64,000 nt of DNA from an uncultured delta proteobacterium (lineage in GTDB: Bacteria; Desulfobacterota; Zymogenia; Zymogenales; Zymogenaceae): assembly GCA_963735595.1 (NCBI GenBank), contig CAVTLK010000004.1, positions 512,001-576,000 on the forward strand. Reading direction: 5' to 3'. Positions 10,316 through 19,755 of this stretch are shown in pieces. The translations under genes and the position numbers were made by a program. The notes under the pieces are model-generated. The model had not been told where the DNA came from. It ran no database searches and was given only the letters and a program-made list of their open reading frames with translations. Position 1 is the first letter of the stretch. Every line of letters starts with the position of its first letter.

Positions 10316-11365
10316 ATGAAAAATATATTCAGCATAGTCCTCTCTATTCACATTCTATTTTTCACGATTAGTCCAATTCCAGTTCTCGCGGGTGAGTATA
10401 AGGGGTTGGAGTTCGCAGTTAGTCCTCAATTTGATGATGCCAAGAGGTTCAGTGAAGGTCTTGCTCGGGTGAAAATCGGTGATAAGTGGGGCTATATCGA
10501 CAAGACGGGAAAGTACGTCGTCAACCCGCAGTTCTTTCGTGCCGAGGATTTCAGCGAGGGCCTGGCTTGGGTAGAAATGGGCGGCGAGCAAGGCTATAAG
10601 TTTGGCTGCATAGACAAGACGGGTAAGTTCGCCATCAACCCGCAGTTCTTTCGTGGCGCGCATTTCAGGGAGGGTCTGGCTTCGGTATGGGTAAAGGTGG
10701 GCACTAAGAAAAGCTATCAGGGTGGCTACATCGACAGGACGGGAAAGTACGTCGTCAACCCGCAGTTCGAAGACGCCTGGGATTTCAGCGAGGGCCTGGC
10801 TCCGGTGAAGTCAAGCGGTAAGTGGGGCTACATCGACAAGACGGGTAAGTACGTCATCAACCCGCAGTTCCATATACCCGGGGATTTCAGTGAGGGCCTG
10901 GCTCGGGTGGAAGTGGGTGGCAAGCGGGGCTACATCGATAAGACGGGAAAGTACGTCGTTAAACCGCAGTTCTTGCGTGCCGAGGGTTTCAGCGAGGGCA
11001 TGGCTCCAGTGGAAGTGGGTGGCAAGTGGGGCTATATCGAGAAGACGGGTAAGTACGTCATCAACCCGCAGTTCGATGGGGCCGGTTATTTTAGTGAGGG
11101 GCTGGCTTCGGTGAAAATCGGTGATAAGTGGGGCTACATCGACAAGACGGGAAAGTACGTCGTTAAACCGCAGTTCGATGGGACCGTTTGTTTCAGCGAG
11201 GGCCTGGCTCCGGTAATGAAATTCGATAAAGGGTGGGGTTACATCGACAAGACGGGGGAGTATGTCCTTAACCTGAACGTGGATTGCGCACGGGAGTTCA
11301 GTGAGGGCCTGGCTCTAGTGAATATAAGCGGTAAGTGGGGCTATATCAAGAATCCACTTAAATAG
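10316..11365 (+). CDS. Secreted WG-repeat (KWG-type) protein
   Basis: Signal peptide followed by nine FSEGLA.V....KWGYIDKTG....PQF units. Confidence 0.9.
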   Translation: MKNIFSIVLSIHILFFTISPIPVLAGEYKGLEFAVSPQFDDAKRFSEGLARVKIGDKWGYIDKTGKYVVNPQFFRAEDFSEGLAWVEMGGEQGYKFGCIDKTGKFAINPQFFRGAHFREGLASVWVKVGTKKSYQGGYIDRTGKYVVNPQFEDAWDFSEGLAPVKSSGKWGYIDKTGKYVINPQFHIPGDFSEGLARVEVGGKRGYIDKTGKYVVKPQFLRAEGFSEGMAPVEVGGKWGYIEKTGKYVINPQFDGAGYFSEGLASVKIGDKWGYIDKTGKYVVKPQFDGTVCFSEGLAPVMKFDKGWGYIDKTGEYVLNLNVDCAREFSEGLALVNISGKWGYIKNPLK

Positions 11366-11447
11366 ATAGAAGATCGAAAAGGGTTCGGAGTCGAAAAGGA
11401 GTCATGTCTTTTGTTGACACTATTTCCCTTCCGTTTTAACTCGGAAG

Positions 11448-11576
11448 GCCGCGTCGGTCTTCGGCGGCCTCTCAATGACGGCGAAGTGGCGAGAAAACGG
11501 ACACGACAAGTCGTGTCCCTACGAGTGGTATGGGCGTATCGTGTTTTAACCCGTAGGGGCGGTATTTGTATGTCCC
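11448..11576 (-). repeat. Inverted copy of the GTAG+CGTC REP module at 9931-10068
   Basis: Reverse complement aligns with the left module; 28/30 identical over the core 11494-11523 vs 9983-10012. Confidence 0.8.
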
Positions 11577-11581
11577 AGGTC

Positions 11582-11610
11582 TTGATTCCGTCGCCCGCCG
11601 GTGATATACT
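11582..11610 (+). promoter_or_regulatory. Putative sigma70 promoter of the acyl-CoA ligase gene
   Basis: TTGATT (11582-11587), 17 nt, TATACT (11605-11610). Confidence 0.45.
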
Positions 11611-11663
11611 GACGACCCTTGAGATCCTCTGGAAACTAATATGACCTACTTGCGGAGGCGGTC

Positions 11664-13366
11664 ATGAGAAAAGAAAAGAACTTTTCCCGATGGCCGATAG
11701 GGGCGGCGCGCACCCTTACCTATCCGGAGATACCGGTGCACGGTTTCCTGGACTCGGCGGTCGCCCGCTTTCCCGACACCGTGGCGATGCGTTTTTCCGG
11801 CACGGAGATCACGTACACCGAGTTGGACTCCTCGTCAACCGGTTCGCCCACGCGCTGGCGGCCCGGGGTGTTAAAAAGGGCGACCGGGTGGCGATCCACC
11901 TGCTCAACTGCCCCCAGTTCGCGATCGCCTACTACGCCCTGCTCAGGCTGGGGGCGGTCTTCGTCCCCTGCTCCCCGCTCTTGACCGACCGGGAGCTCGA
12001 ATACCAGATCGCCGATTCCGGCGCCGAGACGCTGATCACCACGGACCTGTTTTTTGCCGTGACCGGAAAGGTCATCGAGCGGCGGCCGGTAAAGAACCTC
12101 ATCGTCACGAGCCTCGCGGATGTGTACCCCCCGCTGACGATCATGACCAAGCCGCTGCGCAAGATCGCCATCGACAAGGGGGAGGACTTCGTCGCCCTGC
12201 TGGAGGAGGGGAGCCCCGACCCGATCTCCGTGCCCGTCGACCCGAAGAAGGACCTGGCGCACCTGGCCTATACGGGGGGGACGACGGGCCTGCCCAAGGG
12301 GGTTATGCTGACGCACTACAATATCGTGTCCAACGTGCTGCAGTGTTTCCATTTCTACAGCCTGGGAAAGCCGGATGTCCGGGACGGCGTCCTGGTTCCT
12401 GACCTCTCGGGCATACCCGCGGGTGTTGATCCGTTGATGAAGCTCAGGATGAAGACGCTCGTCGTGGTGCCGTGGTTTCACGCCATGGGGACGATCGCCT
12501 ACCTCAACCTGCAGCTCTACGCGGGGCATACGATGATCCTGTTCCCGCGGTTTGACCCCGGACCCTTTATCAGGGCGGTGGAAAAGTACGGCGCCGAGGT
12601 GATCGGCGGGGCGCCCCAGCTCTTCATCCAGATGATCGACCACCCCGAGTTTTCACGCACGGACCTTTCCTCCATCAGGGCGGTGATCTCCGGGGCTGCG
12701 CCCCTGCCCGAGCACGTAATGCGGCGCATGATGGGGGCCTTCCCCGGCGTGGTTACGGAGGGCTACGGGATGACAGAGGTGACGCTGGTGGCAACGGCAA
12801 ACCCGGCGGACCGCGCGGCCGTAAAGGTGGGCTCCGTTGGGATGCCGGTCATCGACACCGACGTTACGGTCGTCGATCTGGAAACGGGCGAGCCCGTTGC
12901 CGTCGGCGAGCAGGGGGAACTCTGCATCCGGGGGCCGCAGTGTATGAGAGGTTACTGGAACAGGCCCGAGGAGACCAAGAACGTCCTGATCGACGGCTGG
13001 ATACACTCGGGGGATATCGGTTGTGAGGATGAGGACGGCTATTTCTTCATCACCGACCGAAAGAAGGACATGATCATCTACAAGGGCTATAACGTTTACC
13101 CGCGGGAGCTGGAGGAGATCCTGTTTACCCACCCGGCCGTGCTCCAGTGCGCCGTCATTGGAAAGCTCGACGAGGCCGGCGGCGAGATCCCCGTGGCCTT
13201 TATCCAGCTTGGGCCGGATAAAAAGGCCACCGAGGCCGAGATCATGGACTTCGTCAACGGCTCGGTCGCGGCCTACAAGCACGTGCGCAGGGTCGTTTTT
13301 GTTGAGAGCCTCCCGGTCAACATGGCAGGAAAGGTGCTGAAACGGGAGCTTCGGGAAAAGGTGTAG
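11664..13366 (+). CDS. Long-chain fatty acid--CoA ligase (apparent 1-nt frameshift near 11825)
   Basis: N-terminus in ORF 11664 joins ORF 11690; YTGGTTGLPKG, EGYGMTE, SGD, GKVLKREL. Confidence 0.88.
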
Positions 13367-13490
13367 GGAAGGCGCACGGTTTACGGAACGGATGCGATAG
13401 GCGGAGTGGGCCGATAGGCCGATAAGCTAATAGGCCGAGTTAGCCCCGCCGAGTTAGCCCCGGCGCCAGGGCAGCGATGAGAATGGAGGG

Positions 13491-14552
13491 CTACAGAAAG
13501 ATCCGGGTGAACTTATCTTTCCTGCCGGTGCATTGAAAGAGGGTCTTCTTTGCGGGGATCATCACGACCGAGGCGGAGGTCTTGTAGAACCCCGCGGAGA
13601 TCCGAACCTCGCGCTCCCGATCCAGCAGCAGGTCTCCCAGCCCCTGGGAGTCCCATACCTTTTTCGGCTCGATCATGTCCCAGGCGTTGTCAAGGCGCCG
13701 CTCGCTCACCTCGTAGACCCGTTTCCCGATAAGCTCCGACGGCGCCGTCGGGGGCCAGGTGGTCTCGTGCGGAATGTCGCGCCCCATCATCGCGGGCAGC
13801 AGGAAGTGGCCCGGGGCGACGTGAAAGCCGCTCTTTATTTCTCTTGCTTCCAGCGAGTTGGGAGTTACCTCCGCAACCATGACCGAATAGGCATCGGCGA
13901 CAGCGATCGTCCCCGAAGCGCCCCGCGGCATTGATTCGATCAGCCTGAGTGCGCCGCGGACGTCCCTGCACCGCCGCAGGACCTCCCGTACGATGAGGGA
14001 AAGCGGAATGCTGCCCCTCCCGTCGCCCTCGAAGGGCTTGAGACAAAGGGCCGCTCCCAGGCCGTGATCATTGATCCCCGCCAGCGCCCCCGCCAGAGTG
14101 ATCAGCGAAAGCTCGACATGATAATACGAACCCTTCGGATGGTACCTCCGGGCGACGAGAAACGGCACGAGAAAGACCGGAATATCAATATTCACGCCGA
14201 GGGCGCAAACCCCCTCCGCGAACCGGTCGCAGGCGAGCGCGGCGATCAATGCGGTCGCCGGCGGGACCAGAGAAAACGTAACGCCCATCTCCCGCGACCA
14301 TATCGGCAGGAGGTCTGCGGGATCAAGGACGGCCCCCCGGCAGATCCCCTCGATTCTCTCCTCCTCGTCGGGGAGAAAGGACGACAGCCCCCGCCTGAAG
14401 ACGGCGGGATCGATATTGGGGGTCGCGGAATAGACGTCGGTTATCGCGCCACCCCATATGATCTTTTCGAGGGCGTCCCGGTACGCCCTTCCTTCGTCGA
14501 TCCCGATGGTCCTTTTCTCGCCGGAGAACAGCAGGACGGTCATGGACGGCAC
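13491..14552 (-). CDS. Peptidase C45/AAT-like Ntn-hydrolase homologue, catalytic residues apparently altered
   Basis: E.IEGI..G, GVNID, AGINDHGL, LIVREVL..C motifs; no CT dipeptide at the expected site. Confidence 0.65.
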   Translation of the reverse strand: MPSMTVLLFSGEKRTIGIDEGRAYRDALEKIIWGGAITDVYSATPNIDPAVFRRGLSSFLPDEEERIEGICRGAVLDPADLLPIWSREMGVTFSLVPPATALIAALACDRFAEGVCALGVNIDIPVFLVPFLVARRYHPKGSYYHVELSLITLAGALAGINDHGLGAALCLKPFEGDGRGSIPLSLIVREVLRRCRDVRGALRLIESMPRGASGTIAVADAYSVMVAEVTPNSLEAREIKSGFHVAPGHFLLPAMMGRDIPHETTWPPTAPSELIGKRVYEVSERRLDNAWDMIEPKKVWDSQGLGDLLLDREREVRISAGFYKTSASVVMIPAKKTLFQCTGRKDKFTRIFL

Positions 14553-14626
14553 CCGATTTGGGCGTCAAGGGCCTTCGCCCGGCCAGGGAATGCCGATCGG
14601 GATTTGATGAGACGCGGGTAGTGCAT

Positions 14627-15571
14627 CTAATAGCCCTGTTCTTTGAAATACTCGGCCGCGCCCGGATGGAGACGTATCGGGCAGTAGGTTTGCGTCATCG
14701 ATTCGGTCAGGGGGTAGGGGAGCCCCGTCGGCTCCCGTCCGCCGGCCTTTTCGTCTTCGTACAGGCGCGTTAAAACGGCCTTTACTGTTGCCTTGTCAAG
14801 ATCCTGGGAGGCCAGCAGCAGGATCGGCCGGGCAACGGTTTCATAGGGTTCGTCCACGGCGGGATAGCTGTTGCCGGCAACGACATAGGGGAACCAGACA
14901 GGCCACCGATCGCGGATGGCCATTAGTTTATCGTCCGGGACCGTAAGCAGGACCAGATGGGCTCCCATCGTTGAGGTGAGACGGGAAACGGCGGTAATCG
15001 GCACGATTCCCGAAAATACCGCACCGTCAAACGTCCCGTCGACCATCAGCTCGGCGGCGGTGTCGTAGTCCCAATCGTCCCCAACCTCAAAGAAAGATTC
15101 GACCCCCGAAGCGCCGATTATAATCTTGGCGGCATGGGCCTCGGTGTCGTTACCCGGTCCCAGGTAGAGAATCTTGCCCGAAAGAGCGGTGATGTCCTTC
15201 GGATCACGTATTGAGGCTGCCAAGAGGAAATGCTCGACTGATAATCCCACGACGGCCGCCGCCGGCACCCCCCCCTTTTTCGCGGGCGAAAACGTTCCGA
15301 TGCCGAGAGCGGCCTCATAAGCCGACAGGGAATCGACGACCGCAAGGTCCGCCGATCCGGAAACGATGCGTGCGATACTTTCCGTATCGCCGGCCGACTC
15401 GACGGCCTTTACGGTCAGGCTATTATCGCTCAGGATTTCGGCAAGGGTAAATCCGATTCGAGCCGTATCACCGCCGTTGGAACCGACGGCCAGCACCAGT
15501 TCTTCGGCCCTTCCGGTACCGATATACGTCAGGATAAGGAGGATACAGAGAGAAAAGGCCCCTTTTTTCAT
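14627..15571 (-). CDS. TAXI family TRAP transporter solute-binding subunit
   Basis: Signal peptide, ESAG..E, C-terminal LHPGAAEYFKE.G. Confidence 0.8.
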   Translation of the reverse strand: MKKGAFSLCILLILTYIGTGRAEELVLAVGSNGGDTARIGFTLAEILSDNSLTVKAVESAGDTESIARIVSGSADLAVVDSLSAYEAALGIGTFSPAKKGGVPAAAVVGLSVEHFLLAASIRDPKDITALSGKILYLGPGNDTEAHAAKIIIGASGVESFFEVGDDWDYDTAAELMVDGTFDGAVFSGIVPITAVSRLTSTMGAHLVLLTVPDDKLMAIRDRWPVWFPYVVAGNSYPAVDEPYETVARPILLLASQDLDKATVKAVLTRLYEDEKAGGREPTGLPYPLTESMTQTYCPIRLHPGAAEYFKEQGY

Positions 15572-15746
15572 TGCCTTGCGCCATTTTTTACGGGAATTGT
15601 ATATGATAGACGCCAGAAGTCAAGGCTATTATAGTCACGGCCGCCTATTCGGCGCTACGCAATTAGAGCAATCTAATTGTTTTTTTGTTGACACGCCGCG
15701 ACAGCGAAAGGTACAGTTAACGACATTAATGGATACTCGTCTTGCC

Positions 15747-16411
15747 ATGAGAAGGTTCTTAGCAACCTTTTTCGTTTTTTTGCTCTTTTTCAATTTACTG
15801 TCAGGGATTTCCCGCGCCCGGGAGCTAACCCTCGGCTCCGCTGATTTTCCGAGCGAAGTCGCGGATCTCTTTCGGGCGAAATTCCCCGAGCTTCAGCGGG
15901 AATTCAAGACGCTCGGCGCCGGATGGGCGCAGCTGTTGATCTACCACGAGGCGACGAACGACGAATACAAGGTGACGCTCATCATGCCGCTGGATCGGTC
16001 GACCTTCGGCGTTGACGAACGGCGGGTAACCCGCACGAAGCTGGACTTGAGGCCGTTCGCGCCCTATTTCCTCTCTCTCGATTCGTACCTCAGCGAGGTC
16101 AAAAAGTCGTCGCCCGACCCGGACGTGCGGGCGTTCATATCGCGGATGACGATGAGCATCATGCTCATGAACTGTCGAGGGAGATGCAGATTTTCGAGTT
16201 TTACGGGGAAACGGACTTCTTCATGGGGGTGCGCGAGGCCATTATCTCCCCCAATTTCGTCTTTCAGCGCAGCGGCAAAAAACCGATTACCGTCTACATG
16301 GAGCCGACGGCGGTCGTCACCCAGGTCTTTATCCTGCCGCCGGCCAGGGACGAGAATAAAAAACCGACGGCGGCAAGCCTCATCTATGATTTTTTCTATT
16401 TTCAGTATTGA
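15747..16411 (+). CDS. Hypothetical exported protein (apparent frameshift near 16172)
   Basis: Signal peptide MRRFLATFFVFLLFF...; reading continues into ORF 16184-16411. Confidence 0.5.
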
Positions 16412-16576
16412 GGATAACAGGCAAGCATACCGGACCCGCCGGCTGTCTCTCGGGAGCAAGCGGGACGCGGGCCGGACTTTGAGCTCAAATGAGCTGATGA
16501 TTCAATGAAGGAGCAGCGTGTGAGTGGAATGAGCATGTATCACAAGAATAACACCGAAAGGAGGGGGACAGACGCC

Positions 16577-17002
16577 ATGAAAAGTGTAATTCGCCTATCC
16601 TTGCTTCTTTTCGTTTTCGTTTCGGTAGTCTCGATTGCCCAAATCGCCTACGCCCAATGGAATGGGATCGTTCCCTACAAGACCACGCGGGGCGAGGTAC
16701 TGGCGATCCTCGGCGAGCCGTCCTACGATTCGGGACTGGTTATGATCTACGATCAGAACAAGGCCCCCGCCGATACGAATGGGGCCGCGATCTATATCGT
16801 AAACGGCACCGTCACAATGGTTCGGATCATCCCGCTGAATGACGTCTCCGAGGGGGATATCTGCGGCGCCTTCGGGAAACCCGCGACGGTCTCGTTTAAG
16901 AACCCAAATATCGAAGAGCAGGTCTTCAATTCCCCGACAGGGAAGATCTGCGTTATGTTCACCAAACAGGACAAGCGGGCTATTCGCATCGACTATTTTT
17001 AG
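16577..17002 (+). CDS. Hypothetical secreted protein with two small repeats (EV..ILGEP / DI..AFGKP; BamE/SmpA-like)
   Basis: GGAGGGG SD, signal peptide ending AYA, internal duplication. Confidence 0.6.
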   Translation: MKSVIRLSLLLFVFVSVVSIAQIAYAQWNGIVPYKTTRGEVLAILGEPSYDSGLVMIYDQNKAPADTNGAAIYIVNGTVTMVRIIPLNDVSEGDICGAFGKPATVSFKNPNIEEQVFNSPTGKICVMFTKQDKRAIRIDYF

Positions 17003-17005
17003 CGT

Positions 17006-17809
17006 ATGACCGATCCCACGCAGGCCGCCCCATGGCGGCCTTTTTCATTCATCGGACCCCGGAAGCTGCACAGTGCCGAGTCGGCCGTTCGGCGCACGTT
17101 TGCGGCGTTGCTCGAGCTGATCTTCCCTCCGGTTTGCGTTACGTGCGGGGGATTGATTTCGACGGATCGACGCCACCTCTGTAACGCGTGCCTGGACCGA
17201 ATCGTCCGGATCGGGCGGCCGCTCTGTACCGTCTGCGGCAAGCCCTTCCTGACGGCGGGCGACGACGACCACCTGTGCGGCGCGTGTATGCACAAAAGAC
17301 CCCCGTTCGCCGAAGCTAGGAGTTTCGGCGTATACGGCGGCGTGCTCCTGGAGGCGGTGCACCTGTTCAAGTATCACCACCAGACGGCCCTTTCGTCGGT
17401 CCTATGCAGACTCGCCGCGGCTCACGACTGGGGCAGTCTTGATCCGAAACGATATGACGTCATGGTTCCGGTCCCGCTCCATAAGCGGCGGCTCTATGAG
17501 CGGGGGTTTAACCAGGCGATGCTGTTATGCCGGGGGCTTGGGGATGCGTGGGGAATCGAGGTCGAAGAAACGGGGCTGGCGCGGACGCGGCAGACCGCTG
17601 CCCAGATACGGCTGACGCCCGCCGAACGGGAACAGAACGTCCGGGGGGCCTTTGCGGTGACGGGCGGCGTGTTTAAGGGCAGGCGGGTGCTCCTGGTGGA
17701 TGACGTCTATACCACCGGGGCCACGGTGACGGAGTGTTCCCGGGTTTTGATGGACGCCGGGGCCGAAGCGGTGGGCGTCCTCACGATAGCCCGGGTTGTC
17801 ATTACGTAG
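17006..17809 (+). CDS. comF: ComF family protein (zinc ribbon plus phosphoribosyltransferase)
   Basis: CxxC pairs, PVPLH, RGFNQA, LVDDVYTTGAT. Confidence 0.9.
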   Translation: MTDPTQAAPWRPFSFIGPRKLHSAESAVRRTFAALLELIFPPVCVTCGGLISTDRRHLCNACLDRIVRIGRPLCTVCGKPFLTAGDDDHLCGACMHKRPPFAEARSFGVYGGVLLEAVHLFKYHHQTALSSVLCRLAAAHDWGSLDPKRYDVMVPVPLHKRRLYERGFNQAMLLCRGLGDAWGIEVEETGLARTRQTAAQIRLTPAEREQNVRGAFAVTGGVFKGRRVLLVDDVYTTGATVTECSRVLMDAGAEAVGVLTIARVVIT

Positions 17810-17884
17810 GCATCGGGGAGGGCCGCCCGGCCGGGGGCGCCGGACAGATGCCCTGTCCGCGGGTGCGGAACGATTACTTCGAAA

Positions 17885-18385
17885 TTACTTCGGCTCGACC
17901 GTTACCTCGGCCTCCACATAGACTGCCCCGCCCCCGATCTTATCCCGGACGTTGATCTGGATCGTGTAGATGCCGGGTTGGGCCGTATCGAACAACGTGA
18001 TAGTATTGTTTACGGGTACGCTGGCCATTCCCTTCGGCGGGGGGATGCGATCGTCGATCAGGTTTTGGCGCGCCAACACCGAAACGCCTCCCGGATCATT
18101 CATGGTCAGGTCTTCCTGGACCCAGAGATTTCCCTCGGAATCGAGCTGGAATTCGGAAAGAGAAAACCGAATATGTATTTCATCTCCCGGATGAAAGATC
18201 CGGGGATCGGCGGAAGGCCCGTCCTTTTCGTGAGAGATGACCAGGTCTTCGGCGGTAAGCCCGTACGAGGTGATTTTTTCGTTTGATCCCGGGCAGGCCC
18301 AGAGAAAGACGCCGGCAAACAGTATCGATACGAGCACGAGCCGGGATATCCTCACCGGCAGCGCGGTCTTTTCCCCTTTTGTCAT
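17885..18385 (-). CDS. Hypothetical lipoprotein with Ig-like beta domain
   Basis: Hydrophobic stretch ending LWAC lipobox; PGIYTIQINVRD. Confidence 0.6.
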   Translation of the reverse strand: MTKGEKTALPVRISRLVLVSILFAGVFLWACPGSNEKITSYGLTAEDLVISHEKDGPSADPRIFHPGDEIHIRFSLSEFQLDSEGNLWVQEDLTMNDPGGVSVLARQNLIDDRIPPPKGMASVPVNNTITLFDTAQPGIYTIQINVRDKIGGGAVYVEAEVTVEPK

Positions 18386-18526
18386 GGTTGTTTCCCCCTT
18401 GTGTTTACTATCGGGCAGCATCCCCGGTATTGTCAAGGGATTTTTTCACGTTTTTTAGCGTTGCTATTGACCGGCTTTTATAGTATTAAATATTGTTCTG
18501 GTAAACATCTGAAGCAGAGGCCTTTT

Positions 18527-19621
18527 ATTATAGATACGCAATCCATCAACCGGATTCTCATTGTCCGCCTCTCGGCGATCGGGGATGTGGTGCGCACCCT
18601 TCCCGCGCTGGCGGTGATCAGGCGGCGGTTTCCGAACGCGTTTATCGCCTGGGTCGTCGAAGAGAAGGCAGGCGAAATCCTCATGGGACGAAAGGACCTC
18701 GATGAGGTAATCGTCTTTCCCCGCCGGTCCCTCGCACGGCAGGCAAAAAACCCCCTTACGCTGTTTCGCGCGGTGGCCACCCTTTACCGGTTTGTGCGGT
18801 ATCTCAAGGCAAAGCGCTTTGACGTGGCCGTCGATTTTCACGGGCTTTTGAAGAGCGCCTTGATTTCCTTTTTTTCGGGTGCGCCGGTCCGTTTCGGATT
18901 CGAGAAGGGATTCGACAAGGAGATGAACCACCTGTTTTCCACGAGGCGCGTTTCTCTTCCCGAGCCGAAGCTCTCCCGCGTCAGTCGCAACCTCCTTATG
19001 GCCGAGGCGCTCTGCGGGCGGGTCGAGACTCCCCGGGTCAGGATAGAGCCCTCCAAAAAGGACAGGGCCGCCGTCGATCGTATGTTGCGGAAAGGGTCCA
19101 CGGGCGACCGTCCCCGCATCATCATTCACCCCGGCACGTCGGCCAAGACCGCCTATAAGCGGTGGGACGCCCGAAAATTCGCCGAAGCCGCCGACCTTGT
19201 CGTCTCCCGTCACGGGGGCGAGGTGATCGTAACCGGGGGACCGGGGGAAGAGACGATCGTGTCGGAGACGGCGCGCCATATGAAACACAATCCCTCCATT
19301 ATCGACGGGCCGCTGTCCCTGCTTGAGCTGGCGGCCCTTTTTGAGACGGCCGACCTCTATATCGGAGGTGACACCGGGCCGACACATATTTCTTCTTTCG
19401 TGGGCACGCCCGTGGTGGCGGTCTTCGGCCCTACCGATCCTGTTGAGAACGAGCCCTATACCGGGACGCCGTTCCGTATAGTGCGCGTTCCGTCGCACTG
19501 TGCCCCGTGCCGGGAAAAGACGTGCACGCGCGCCGACTGCTTTGACGGGATTACCCCCCTGATGGTGGCCCAGGCCGCCGGAGAGCTCCTGGCCGAAACG
19601 GGGAAGACCGGCAGCCGGTAA
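18527..19621 (+). CDS. Glycosyltransferase family 9 (LPS heptosyltransferase); start codon uncertain
   Basis: RILIVRLSAIGDVV, DFHGLLKS, KRW, GDTGPTH, FGPTDP. Confidence 0.88.
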   Translation: MIDTQSINRILIVRLSAIGDVVRTLPALAVIRRRFPNAFIAWVVEEKAGEILMGRKDLDEVIVFPRRSLARQAKNPLTLFRAVATLYRFVRYLKAKRFDVAVDFHGLLKSALISFFSGAPVRFGFEKGFDKEMNHLFSTRRVSLPEPKLSRVSRNLLMAEALCGRVETPRVRIEPSKKDRAAVDRMLRKGSTGDRPRIIIHPGTSAKTAYKRWDARKFAEAADLVVSRHGGEVIVTGGPGEETIVSETARHMKHNPSIIDGPLSLLELAALFETADLYIGGDTGPTHISSFVGTPVVAVFGPTDPVENEPYTGTPFRIVRVPSHCAPCREKTCTRADCFDGITPLMVAQAAGELLAETGKTGSR

Positions 19622-19755
19622 GGTGTATAATTGCTTTAACGGTGCCGGGATTTATATCCGGGATGGTCTCGATACCGGCGCTTTATTGCGGACGACGGCG
19701 GTAATGCGGGACGGGTCGCCTCTTTGATCGGTGTGTATAAAGGGAGAACAACCCG

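Noticed and set aside
10430..11350. Regular DNA repeats that could be a CRISPR array or DGR target
   Set aside because: They are in-frame coding repeats of a WG protein; no cas genes, reverse transcriptase or template repeat are in the window.
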